A stretch of DNA of 64,000 nucleotides, from NCBI GenBank assembly GCA_965223325.1, contig CBDCWI010000002.1:928001-992000 (forward strand), in the 5' to 3' direction. How positions within the stretch are numbered: position 1 is the stretch's first letter; every line of letters starts with the position of its first letter. The notes beneath the pieces were generated by a model. The model saw nothing but the letters and a program-made list of their open reading frames with translations. It had not been told where the DNA came from and made no database searches. The stretch comes from Candidatus Multivoradales bacterium (GTDB taxonomy: Bacteria > Acidobacteriota > Thermoanaerobaculia > Multivoradales > Multivoraceae). Shown one piece after another: positions 8,875-17,991 of this stretch. The position numbers and the translations under genes were made by a program.

Positions 8875-9486
8875 ATGATTTCCTTCTCCTTGCCCACCAA
8901 CGAAGATCAGCACAGCGGTTCACATGGCCAGGCCGGCATCACCCTGGTCGAGATCCTGGTCTCGATTGCGGTGCTCGGCATTCTCGCTGCGATCGGGATC
9001 CCCAGGTATCACTGCCACGTCAAGAATGCCCGGTACACCGCGGCGATTCAGGACTTGAGCGGCGCGCGCGACGTCGTCGAACTGTACGAAGTCGAATACG
9101 GTCGCTTCCCCGACCATCTCGAGGATGCCTACAAGCCCGGAATGGTCTTTCCTACCACCCTGCACTACTGCTCGTCGACCGCTCCCTCGGATAATGACCA
9201 CGGGCACGGTAACGAAGACTGCAGCTTCGCCGACGTCGACAACACCGGTGCCTCGGGAGCCAAGAATCCCAACCTCATCGACCCGGCGATCGGCTACCTT
9301 CTCCGCACCACCGCCGACAGCGCACCCTGCGGAAAAGAGGCTCAGGTCGCATGGACCCATTGCTGCGGCAAAGATCCAGTGGTGGCCGAGAACGGCGACT
9401 ATCCAGGCGCCAAGGGAGGCGTCGGTGGCGGTGGCGGTGACGACGGTGACGGCGGCGGCGGCGGCGGCAAGGGCGGCAAGGGCTAG
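8875..9486 (+). CDS. Prepilin-type protein (GspG/PilA-like N-terminus), Cys-rich with a Gly-rich tail
   Basis: Motifs QAG|ITLVEILV, GILAAIGIP and YEVEYGRFP. Confidence 0.85.
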   Translation: MISFSLPTNEDQHSGSHGQAGITLVEILVSIAVLGILAAIGIPRYHCHVKNARYTAAIQDLSGARDVVELYEVEYGRFPDHLEDAYKPGMVFPTTLHYCSSTAPSDNDHGHGNEDCSFADVDNTGASGAKNPNLIDPAIGYLLRTTADSAPCGKEAQVAWTHCCGKDPVVAENGDYPGAKGGVGGGGGDDGDGGGGGGKGGKG

Positions 9487-9537
9487 ACTCGCTGCACTGC
9501 CTCCTACGTCTCTGTGGGTTCAGTCTCGTATGCGCGT

Positions 9538-10923
9538 CTATTCGTCCGCCAGGCCGAGCGGCTCGAGCACCCGCGTGTCGATCCAGAAGGCGTCCCACCA
9601 CTGAACGGGATCGGCCGGAATCCCCCAGACCAGAACACTGAAGTGCAGGTGATCGCCACCAGCAAGACCGGTCTGTCCTGAGCGTCCGACGACATCGCCC
9701 TTCTCGACGGCGTCACCTTCTGCGACCTCGAACGACGACAGATGGGCGTACAACGTCTGCAGGCCGTAGCCATGGTCGACGACGACGAGTCGGCCGTAGA
9801 TGCCCAGGTAGCGCGCAAACACCACCACACCGCTGTTCGCGGCCACGATCGCATCGCGGCGACGGGACGCCAGGTCGTAGCCGAGATGCGTCTGGCGATC
9901 GACCAGCCGCCCCTCGTACATGTAGCGCCGCCGGGAGGCGAAGGCATCGGTCACCTGGCTGTTTGGCTGCTGACGGAAAGCGCCCCGCCACAGAATCTCG
10001 GGGCGCGACCCGAGAGCGAGCTCGATCAGCGTCTGGTCGTTCTGAGCCCGCAGCGCGCCGTTGATCTTCAAGTAGCTGTCGAGCAGTGTCGCTTCTTCAC
10101 TCATCGACGACTCCGCGAGGATCGCCGGCACGACACGCTCCATGAAGCCGTCCGAGAGGCCGATGGTCGACTCGCGCGGCGGCTGGTTCTTCCAGTCGCG
10201 TACGAAGCGCCGCGACGCGCGGTTGCCGAGGTCGTCGTAGGCGGTGAGTTCGAAGGCACCCGCATCGGCGACGTCCCAGGGCGCAGCAAAGAAGGCCACC
10301 CGCGAACCGTCGCCAGCCGGATGATCACGCCCGGGAAAACGGCGCGCACCGACCTCGACGCCGTCCCAGCTTGCCGGCCGCTCCAACCGATAGACGACCA
10401 CCCCGGCACCGCCCTGGCGGAGGTTCGGGCTCTCCGCCAGGACCGACAGAGACGGCGGCTTGAGCCGGACCTCGGTGAGCTCCTCGACGACGACCGGCGG
10501 CGGCGAACGCAACCAGGTGCCCGCGCGCTCGAGAACCAGACGCACGGTGGCCGGCCCCTCCTGGAGATCGGGTTGAAGAAGAGACCCGGCCTCGCCAACC
10601 AGGGTCGCCTCGCTGACGCGATCTCCCCAGAAGGCCCAGAACCGCCGGGGCGCGTAGTCCTCTTCGGCGAGCACCGTGGTTTCGCCCCCCTGTTCGAGCT
10701 CGAGTCGCGCACCGGCCAGCCCGCGGCCCGACTCGAAAGCCCGGCCCTCGACCGGCGTGTTCGGGCCGATGCCCGGCAGCTTCAACTCGAGTTCACCGAT
10801 GGGAGAACCGACCCGAAAGAAGTTGAGCCCGGCGAGCAGCAGGAGGAGTGCCAGCAACACCCAGCGCCAGCGCCGCCGACCGGACGTACGACGCTCGCCA
10901 ATGTAGTAGGTCCGGTCTTTCAC
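9538..10923 (-). CDS. M23 family metallopeptidase
   Basis: Motifs HLGYD, VDHGYGLQTLYAHLS and GDHLHF; N-terminal TM anchor. Confidence 0.93.
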   Translation of the reverse strand: MKDRTYYIGERRTSGRRRWRWVLLALLLLLAGLNFFRVGSPIGELELKLPGIGPNTPVEGRAFESGRGLAGARLELEQGGETTVLAEEDYAPRRFWAFWGDRVSEATLVGEAGSLLQPDLQEGPATVRLVLERAGTWLRSPPPVVVEELTEVRLKPPSLSVLAESPNLRQGGAGVVVYRLERPASWDGVEVGARRFPGRDHPAGDGSRVAFFAAPWDVADAGAFELTAYDDLGNRASRRFVRDWKNQPPRESTIGLSDGFMERVVPAILAESSMSEEATLLDSYLKINGALRAQNDQTLIELALGSRPEILWRGAFRQQPNSQVTDAFASRRRYMYEGRLVDRQTHLGYDLASRRRDAIVAANSGVVVFARYLGIYGRLVVVDHGYGLQTLYAHLSSFEVAEGDAVEKGDVVGRSGQTGLAGGDHLHFSVLVWGIPADPVQWWDAFWIDTRVLEPLGLADE

Positions 10924-10962
10924 AGAGTCGGGCTCCTTCTCGAAAGTTCCGCCAGGAAGATG

Positions 10963-12255
10963 TCACCGACTGGCGACCACCCGGGTCTGGAGAACCGGCG
11001 GTGCCTGGCGACTGTCGAGCCAGATCGCCACCAGCGAGCCGTCAGGCAGTGCCATCAGGTCAGGGAAACCGGCTGCCCGCGACGCCTCGGTTTCGCCAAG
11101 CTCGACCATCTCGAGCTCTCCATCGGCCGCGAGTTCCGCTAGCCGTACAGGAGCACGCTTGCCGTCGCGCCCGAACCAGAGGGCATAGGCCCGGTCGCCC
11201 GAGTACGCAACGTCGACTCGACCGAGGGGGCCTTGCGCATCGAGCACCACGGGGCGACCGAACGTCGCGCCGCCGTCTTTCGAGCTCGCATACAAGACAC
11301 GCGCATCATTGCGGGCGGCGGTGAACCAGGCAACATGCACAGAAGAGTCGGCGGCGGCGATTGCCGGACCGTTGACTGGACAGCCAGCGATCTGCCACTC
11401 GTCGCGCGCCACCACCGCTTTGCTCCAGCCATTGCCGGTCCGACGAATGATCGAGATGTCGCGGACCTCTTCGTGCGTGCGATCGCGGTAGACCACCATC
11501 GGACCATTCCGACCAGCGGCGGCGTCGGTTGCACAGCACTCACACACCCGGTCGTCGAGCAGCTCCCCGTCACGTACTCCTTCTGCATCGATGCGCGCCG
11601 TGCGCAGGGTCATCGCACCCCCACTCGGCATCTCGCGACCATCGAGCCAGAAGGCGCGAACACTCCCGGCGTCGCTCACAAAGGACACGAAGCCGTGCTC
11701 CGCCGGCACCCGGTCGTCGTGAAGCAGGCCGCGACGCTCAAACTGCTCGCTGGGCGCGAAGCTCCCGGCACGCAAAAGCTCGATCCCATAGTCGTAGGTA
11801 CCCTCCCCCACCCGGCGCAGGCGGTGCACCCAAACGCTCCCATCAGGAGCCACGATGCCGCGCGAACGATCGGCCCAGTTGGGCCAGAAGTCGAAACCAG
11901 AGTCGAGCTCTCGCAGCGACCCCCATGACAGTTCACCTTGGCGCTTCTCGAGGGGCGCAAGCAGAAGCGTTACGGTCTGCCCTTCGTCCTGGGAGTCGCG
12001 ATTCTGCGCGTCGCGCGCCAGGAAGAGGAGAGCCGCGGTGTCTCTCCAGGGCAAGAGCGTCGGGCCTACCATCTCGAGACCTTCGGCGAGGACCGGTGGT
12101 GCGACCTCGCGCGGTTGGTCACTGACGGCGGCCGCCGTCGAACAGAGCCCGACCAGGATGAGTGAACAGGCGACATTGCGCCTGACGACGCTTGAAATGG
12201 ACCACAAAACGAAATGCCTCGCTCTCAGGTAACAGGGAACGACAGGTCCCGTCAT
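10963..12255 (-). CDS. Secreted BNR/Asp-box (sialidase-like) protein
   Basis: Asp-box SKDGGATF; motifs VCECC and WQIAGCPVNGP; signal peptide. Start position uncertain. Confidence 0.75.
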   Translation of the reverse strand: MTGPVVPCYLRARHFVLWSISSVVRRNVACSLILVGLCSTAAAVSDQPREVAPPVLAEGLEMVGPTLLPWRDTAALLFLARDAQNRDSQDEGQTVTLLLAPLEKRQGELSWGSLRELDSGFDFWPNWADRSRGIVAPDGSVWVHRLRRVGEGTYDYGIELLRAGSFAPSEQFERRGLLHDDRVPAEHGFVSFVSDAGSVRAFWLDGREMPSGGAMTLRTARIDAEGVRDGELLDDRVCECCATDAAAGRNGPMVVYRDRTHEEVRDISIIRRTGNGWSKAVVARDEWQIAGCPVNGPAIAAADSSVHVAWFTAARNDARVLYASSKDGGATFGRPVVLDAQGPLGRVDVAYSGDRAYALWFGRDGKRAPVRLAELAADGELEMVELGETEASRAAGFPDLMALPDGSLVAIWLDSRQAPPVLQTRVVASR

Positions 12256-12311
12256 GTTAGCGTGCGCGCTCGTTCCAGGAGTCCCTACCCGCCGTTGAAA
12301 GGATAGAAGCC

Positions 12312-13229
12312 ATGGCCGTTGGAATGTTGCAGGACAAGGTGGCCCTCGTCACTGGTGCGGGTCGAGGCATTGGTGCCGAGATCGCCAAACTCCTTGCCAG
12401 GGAAGGCGCCGCCGTGGTGGTCAACGACCTGGGAGGTTCAGAAGGGGGAGAGGGCGCCGACCAGACCCCCGCCAATGAGGTCGTCGCTCTGATCCGAGAG
12501 GCCGGCGGCCAGGCCGCACCGCACTTCGGCAGCGTCTCCGACTGGGACGCAGCACACGACATGGTCGACACAGCCGTCCGGGAGTTCGGCCAACTCGACG
12601 TGGTCATCAACAACGCCGGCATCCTGCGTGATGTGATCTTTCACAAGATGGGCGAAGACGACTGGGACGCGGTCATCAACGTCCATCTGAAGGGCTGCTT
12701 CAATGTCGCCCGCGCCGCCGCCCCCCTGTTCCGCAAACAGATCGGGGGTGCGATGGTGCACATGACCTCGACCTCAGGGCTGATTGGCAACTTCGGGCAG
12801 GCCAACTACGCCGCAGCCAAACTCGGCATCGTAGGGCTTTCCAAGTCGATCGCCCTCGACATGCAACGTTTCGAGGTGCGATCGAACTGCATCGCACCGT
12901 TCGCCTGGAGTCGTTTGATCGGCACGATCCCAACCAAGGATCCCGCCGCGGCCGCCCGGGTCGAGAAGTTCAAAGAGATCACCCCGGACTACATTGCTCC
13001 ACTCGCCGTGTTCCTGGCCAGCGATCGAGCAAAGAGTGTCAGTGGCCAGATCTTCGCGGTACGCAAGAACGAGATCTTTCTGATGAGTCAGTCACGTCCC
13101 ATCCGTTCGGTTCATCGCGCAGAGGGCTGGACTCCGGCAGCCGTTGCCGAGCACATGCTCGGTGCCTTCGAACCGTCCTTCTTCGGCCTTGACCGCACAA
13201 CGGATGTGATCCCCTGGGACCCGATCTGA
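12312..13229 (+). CDS. SDR family oxidoreductase (3-hydroxyacyl-CoA dehydrogenase-like)
   Basis: Motifs TGAGRGIG, VVVNDLG, NNAGILRD and NYAAAK. Confidence 0.95.
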   Translation: MAVGMLQDKVALVTGAGRGIGAEIAKLLAREGAAVVVNDLGGSEGGEGADQTPANEVVALIREAGGQAAPHFGSVSDWDAAHDMVDTAVREFGQLDVVINNAGILRDVIFHKMGEDDWDAVINVHLKGCFNVARAAAPLFRKQIGGAMVHMTSTSGLIGNFGQANYAAAKLGIVGLSKSIALDMQRFEVRSNCIAPFAWSRLIGTIPTKDPAAAARVEKFKEITPDYIAPLAVFLASDRAKSVSGQIFAVRKNEIFLMSQSRPIRSVHRAEGWTPAAVAEHMLGAFEPSFFGLDRTTDVIPWDPI

Positions 13230-13924
13230 TGGGTCAACGGGCTCTAGTCCTCGGGCTCTCCGTCATTGTCGGGGTCGGCAGCCTGGCGTGCAGCGGGAGC
13301 AACGAGTCGCGCGCACAGGAACCTCAACTCGCCAGCCAGGCCAGCCCCGCAGCTCAAGAACCCGCGACCGAAGAGCCCGAAAGCACAGAGGCCAACGCCA
13401 ACCAGCTGGTCCATTCCGAGCTCGGGTTCTCGATCACCAAACCGGAAGGCTGGTGGTTCCACCTCCCGCAGGCAGTGCGCGAGGGCCTCGACAAACCGCG
13501 GGCCGAGAAGGTCGAGCTCGAACGCTCGCTGCCGACGCGTTCCCAGGGTCCTCTCCTTTTCGTCAGCCCCAATGAAGATCCACGTGCACCAGTGCCGCGC
13601 GTCCGGGTGCGGCTGCATGGCCTGATGGTCGACCGGGGCGGGCCGACCGCAGCCGCGGAGATGCTTCTCGGCGGCGGAGGCGCCTTCCCGTCGTACGAAC
13701 TGCTCCAGCCACTCGGTACCCTCGAAGTCGGCGGACAGCCAGCCGCCGCCACGGTCTACTCATTCGAGCCCGAACCCGGCCAACCCCGCCAGCTCGAACA
13801 GGCGATCTTCCTGGTCCGCGACGGCGTGGTCTTCGAGGTCACCCTGCAACGGCCCCTCGAGCACGACGGCTCGCTCGATGACCAGCTCAACGAGGTCGCG
13901 CGCTCCTTCACCCTCCTCCCCTGA
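13229..13924 (+). CDS. Putative lipoprotein (possible PsbP/DcrB-like fold)
   Basis: Lipobox-like SLAC, low-complexity linker, LGFSITKPEGW and terminal SFTLL. Confidence 0.65.
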   Translation: MGQRALVLGLSVIVGVGSLACSGSNESRAQEPQLASQASPAAQEPATEEPESTEANANQLVHSELGFSITKPEGWWFHLPQAVREGLDKPRAEKVELERSLPTRSQGPLLFVSPNEDPRAPVPRVRVRLHGLMVDRGGPTAAAEMLLGGGGAFPSYELLQPLGTLEVGGQPAAATVYSFEPEPGQPRQLEQAIFLVRDGVVFEVTLQRPLEHDGSLDDQLNEVARSFTLLP

Positions 13925-13982
13925 CCCTTCGCCGGGGCCAAAGGCGCAACACCCGAGAAATCCCAGAACCATCCCCGGCAAT

Positions 13983-14048
13983 TGCCCGGGAGATGCCCGG
14001 GAGATGCCCGGGAGATGCCCGGGAGATGCCCGGGAGATGCCCGGGAGA
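13983..14048. repeat. Tandem repeat, 6 x 11 bp (TGCCCGGGAGA)
   Basis: Six perfect copies, a degenerate seventh (TGCTGGGTGA) and an imperfect inverted copy just upstream. Confidence 0.95.
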
Positions 14049-14204
14049 TGCTGGGTGATATACTAGTTTTTCTCGTTTTACGGTTCTTCTGGACCGTCGA
14101 CTCCTTCTCAGTCGGTTGCTGAACACCCCTCCGCTGTCCTTTCCGACCTCGGGGAGCGCCCCTGCCCACCAGCCTTCTCCACTGCCACGCTCAGGTCCTC
14201 CTCA

Positions 14205-15056
14205 ATGCTCTTTCGACACTTCGTAGCGGTCGCGATCCTCTCGCTCGTCTTTGTCGGCGCCGCCGGCACCGCGGTTGGCGAAGAGGCGGACTGGCGCCGC
14301 GACCGCGTTGAATGGCACGGAGCCTGGGCGACCGAAGAGTCGGCCCATGCACCCCCTACGAAACTTCGCATCGACAACCCCTGGGGCGACCTGCGGGTAC
14401 GCGCGGCCGGAGACGCGCGCCTTCACCTGGTCGCTCAGGTCCAGCACCCACCGGGAGACGCGTCTACCGTCGAGTTGGTGCCGACCCTCGACGGCGGTGT
14501 GATCAGCATCGTGCCGCGGTTCGACGATCTGCCCTCGGAAGGGCCCGAGCCGCGAGTCGACCTGGCGGTGCGCGTGCCGAGCGGTCTGCACCTCGATCTC
14601 GAAGTGCGAGACGGTCTGCTCGAAGCGCGCGGGACGGCGCAGCCAACCACGGCCAGGAGTCAGCACGGCGAGATCCGCCTTACCGTTCGTGACTGCTTCT
14701 CGGCATGGAGCGCAACCGGCCCGGTCCTCGCGGTCGTTCATGGCGTACCCCGTGGTTGCAAAGCCCGCATGACCAGCGAGCAAGGTGTGATTGAGCTCCG
14801 TTTGCCGCATGAACTCGGCGCCGAGATCAAAGCGTCAACACGCGGCCGCTTCACCACCGACTGGTCACTCGAGATCGAACAAACGCCCGGCTCCCTCGTC
14901 AAGAAGGCGCGTGCCCGCCGCCATAGCGGTGGCGCGTCATTCGAACTCGAGAGTGAACTGGGTGACATCAAGACGCTCTTCTTTGGCACTGCGGAAGGCG
15001 ACGCCACTGCGGCCACCTCACCACCTTCCAGCTCGACACCCGAGGACGCTCCGTGA
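14205..15056 (+). CDS. Secreted DUF4097-like beta-strand repeat protein
   Basis: Signal peptide; motifs IDNPWGDLRV, TSEQGVIELRLP and LESELGDI. Confidence 0.7.
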   Translation: MLFRHFVAVAILSLVFVGAAGTAVGEEADWRRDRVEWHGAWATEESAHAPPTKLRIDNPWGDLRVRAAGDARLHLVAQVQHPPGDASTVELVPTLDGGVISIVPRFDDLPSEGPEPRVDLAVRVPSGLHLDLEVRDGLLEARGTAQPTTARSQHGEIRLTVRDCFSAWSATGPVLAVVHGVPRGCKARMTSEQGVIELRLPHELGAEIKASTRGRFTTDWSLEIEQTPGSLVKKARARRHSGGASFELESELGDIKTLFFGTAEGDATAATSPPSSSTPEDAP

Positions 15057-16828
15057 AACTCCGCCAACTCTCACCAGCCGTGCGAAGCTTTGGCTGGAAG
15101 CGCGCGTTGGCCGCGACATTTCTGGCTTCGGCCTTCGCGATGACGACCCCGATCGCCCAGGCGCAGCCGCCGGCAAGGAGCCAACCGATCACCCTCACCG
15201 GCGCCGAGACCGGTGTCGCAGTTCGACCCTTTCGCTACTCCGGGAACCTCCGGACGCTCGAGAGGCCGCTCGCCTGGCAACCGGGCGACTCCATCCGCGA
15301 GGTCCCGCGCCGGCTCCATCCGCGTGAGCGCCGCACAGCCGCGCCGACTCCCCGGCCGCAGGTCGATCCGCTGGCTGCCCTTCAGCGCGAAGCCGAGAGC
15401 CGGCGCGCCACGAGTGGCCGCAACCCGAGTCGCGCCCTGGCCAGCCCACACGTGACGACCGATGGGCTCGGCTTCACCGGCGTTGGTCCGCCCGACACCA
15501 ACGGAGCGGTGGGCGCCGACCACTTCATCCAGGGTGTCAACCACCCGCAAGGGACCTTGATCTCGATCCGCGACATGGACGGTGTGGAGGTGAGTCAGTT
15601 CGTTCTCGAAACCCTCGGCGCCACGATCGCCCCCGGCACGTCGTGCGCGACCAGCGGCTTCGGTGACTCGATCATTCTCTTCGACGAGCCAGCCCGACGC
15701 TGGCTGTTGACCGAGTTCACGACCGTCGACAGCCTGTGCGTCTACGTGTCACAGACCCACGACCCGATCGCCGGCGGCTGGTATCTCTATGAGTACGCAA
15801 CCACTGACTTTCCGGACTACCCGAAGTTCGGCGTCTGGCACGACGGCTACTACGTCGGCACCAATGAATCGACACCGCGGGTCTACGTCTTCGATCGCCG
15901 CTCGATGCTCTCCGGAGGAGCCGCGGCGTTTCAGTTCTTCGACGTTCCCGACGAACTCAGTTTCGCGTTCCAGATGCTCTTGCCTGCCGATATCGACGGG
16001 CCGATTCCACCCGCCGGCGGCCCGGCGTACTTTGTTCGACACAACGACGACGAGCAGCACGAGGCCATGCCCAACGCGGGCTTCGACTTGCTGCAGGTCT
16101 TCGAAATGTCCGTCGACTGGGACACGCCGGCCAACTCGACCTTCACCGGTCCGGTCGACGTTCCGGTTGCCGACTTCGACTCCGACGTTTGCGGGCTCAA
16201 CTCGCTGGCCTGCATTCCCCAACCCGGAACCGCGGTCAGACTCGACCCAGTGCGCGAAGTCCTGATGTGGCGACTTCAATACCGGCGCTGGCAGGACTAC
16301 CAGAGCCTGGTCGGCAACTACACCGTCGACGTCGACGGCAACGACACAGCGGCGGTGCGTTGGTTCGAACTCAGGGCTAGTGGCGACGACCCGTGGACGC
16401 TGTTCCAGGAAGGTTCCTACTCGCCCGATGCCGACCACCACTGGATGGCCGCGATTGCCATGGACGGTGCAGGCAACATGCTGATGGGTATGAACGCCGC
16501 CTCGAGCGTGAGCTACCCCAGCCTCGTTCTCACCGGCCGTCAGAAAGGCGACCCTCTGAACATCATGACCGCGGCCAAGTCCACCCTCGGTGCTGGCGGC
16601 GACTCGAATTTCAGTAACCGCTACGGCGACTACAGCGCACTGACGGTCGACCCCGACGACGACTGTACGTTCTGGCTCACCGGCGAGTACAACAAGAGCG
16701 GCCACAACGGTGAGTGGACCACCCGCATTGGTGCGCTGCGGTTCGACGACTGCCAGGCGCTCGCACTGTTCGGCGACGGCTTCGAAAGCGGCACCACCGG
16801 GCGCTTCTCCAGCGAAGTCGCGGAGTAG
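15053..16828 (+). CDS. Secreted beta-rich protein with a C-terminal LFGDGFESG motif
   Basis: Signal peptide; motifs PPDTNGAVG, FPDYPK and RYGDYS..VDP.DDCTFW. Confidence 0.8.
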   Translation: MKLRQLSPAVRSFGWKRALAATFLASAFAMTTPIAQAQPPARSQPITLTGAETGVAVRPFRYSGNLRTLERPLAWQPGDSIREVPRRLHPRERRTAAPTPRPQVDPLAALQREAESRRATSGRNPSRALASPHVTTDGLGFTGVGPPDTNGAVGADHFIQGVNHPQGTLISIRDMDGVEVSQFVLETLGATIAPGTSCATSGFGDSIILFDEPARRWLLTEFTTVDSLCVYVSQTHDPIAGGWYLYEYATTDFPDYPKFGVWHDGYYVGTNESTPRVYVFDRRSMLSGGAAAFQFFDVPDELSFAFQMLLPADIDGPIPPAGGPAYFVRHNDDEQHEAMPNAGFDLLQVFEMSVDWDTPANSTFTGPVDVPVADFDSDVCGLNSLACIPQPGTAVRLDPVREVLMWRLQYRRWQDYQSLVGNYTVDVDGNDTAAVRWFELRASGDDPWTLFQEGSYSPDADHHWMAAIAMDGAGNMLMGMNAASSVSYPSLVLTGRQKGDPLNIMTAAKSTLGAGGDSNFSNRYGDYSALTVDPDDDCTFWLTGEYNKSGHNGEWTTRIGALRFDDCQALALFGDGFESGTTGRFSSEVAE

Positions 16829-16867
16829 TCTCCTGCCGTTCGCGCCGTGCCGGAGGAGACCGAGTGG

Positions 16868-17875
16868 TCAGCGCACCCGCACCTCGCCCATCGACGCCTC
16901 GACCGAAAGGCTGACGGTCGGCGCATCGGGATCGACGCCGGCGTCATCGGGAAGCCTGACGTTGCGCTCCCCCATTGCCACGCTGGCCTTATCGAGCGCA
17001 ATGTGTACGTTGTCGGGAACCGAAACCCCGCACTCGCCCATCGAACAGCGAACATCGACCGTCGAGTCCGTGGTCCAGGCACCTTCGAGATCGAGTTGCA
17101 GAGCACCCATGGACTGCTTGACGCTCACGCCACCCGGGCTGGCATTGCCAAGGCTGAAGATCCGAAGCTCACCCATCGATTGTTCCGCGGTGAAGGACTC
17201 GATCGGGAACTTCGTCGGGTCGGCGACCTCGACCTCGAACTCACCGGCCGACATGTCGAGTTCCACTTCCCCGAGCCACAAACCGCCGAGGTTGACGACG
17301 TGCTCACCGAGCCCAAGATCGGCGATCAGATCGACGCGCCGATCCTCGGGAATCCAGACCGTCAGCCGGTTCTCGACCTCGCCGCCACCGAACAAGAGAC
17401 CCATGAAGCGGCCACTGCCGCCGAAGGTCGCCGTGTAGGTCCAGGAGCCGTCGTCGGCGGTCTCCATCGTTTCTTCGAGGTTGAAACGACGGCTATCCCA
17501 ACTGCCTTCGATGCGCAGGCTTTCGCCAGCCGGCGCGGGACGGATATCGAACTCGCCCATGCTGAGATCGAGTACCACGCGTCCCGTCGGCACCGCCGCC
17601 GCTTCGGCGGCCGTCATCGTCAGGACCGGAAGCTGGTCGGAAGCGGTGTCACCGTCGAGCTCTGATTCGGCCGGTAGTTCGATCACCCGTTGCACCTCCG
17701 GTGGAAGCTCGGGCAGCACCTGGGCCGTGTCGTGGGTCACCATCTCGACCGGCTGGTTGGCCGCAGCCACTTGAAAGGCAATGGCGAGACCCAGGAGCAG
17801 CCCACAAAAGGCGAGGACCCCCAGGCAGCCGAAGCACCCGTACTTGAAACAACCGCTTCTCTTCTCGTCGTTCAT
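16868..17875 (-). CDS. Membrane-anchored hypothetical protein with beta-solenoid (LiaF/toast-rack-like) repeats
   Basis: Cys-rich TM N-terminus (GCFKYGCFGCLG); repeated SMGE motif. Confidence 0.7.
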   Translation of the reverse strand: MNDEKRSGCFKYGCFGCLGVLAFCGLLLGLAIAFQVAAANQPVEMVTHDTAQVLPELPPEVQRVIELPAESELDGDTASDQLPVLTMTAAEAAAVPTGRVVLDLSMGEFDIRPAPAGESLRIEGSWDSRRFNLEETMETADDGSWTYTATFGGSGRFMGLLFGGGEVENRLTVWIPEDRRVDLIADLGLGEHVVNLGGLWLGEVELDMSAGEFEVEVADPTKFPIESFTAEQSMGELRIFSLGNASPGGVSVKQSMGALQLDLEGAWTTDSTVDVRCSMGECGVSVPDNVHIALDKASVAMGERNVRLPDDAGVDPDAPTVSLSVEASMGEVRVR

Positions 17876-17991
17876 TGCGTACCACTCTCCGCGCAGGCGC
17901 CACCCACGGAGCCCATCGATTGATTACCTATCGTTCACACTCCCTACGGATCCGGGTGTGAACTTGTTTCGGGATCGGACGGTCGACGCCC

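Noticed and set aside
9742-11142. 466-aa plus-strand ORF
   Set aside because: Antisense shadow of the M23 peptidase, typical of high-GC codon bias; no motifs.
13983-14048. Possible CRISPR array
   Set aside because: Contiguous 11-bp units with no spacers, and no cas genes in the window.
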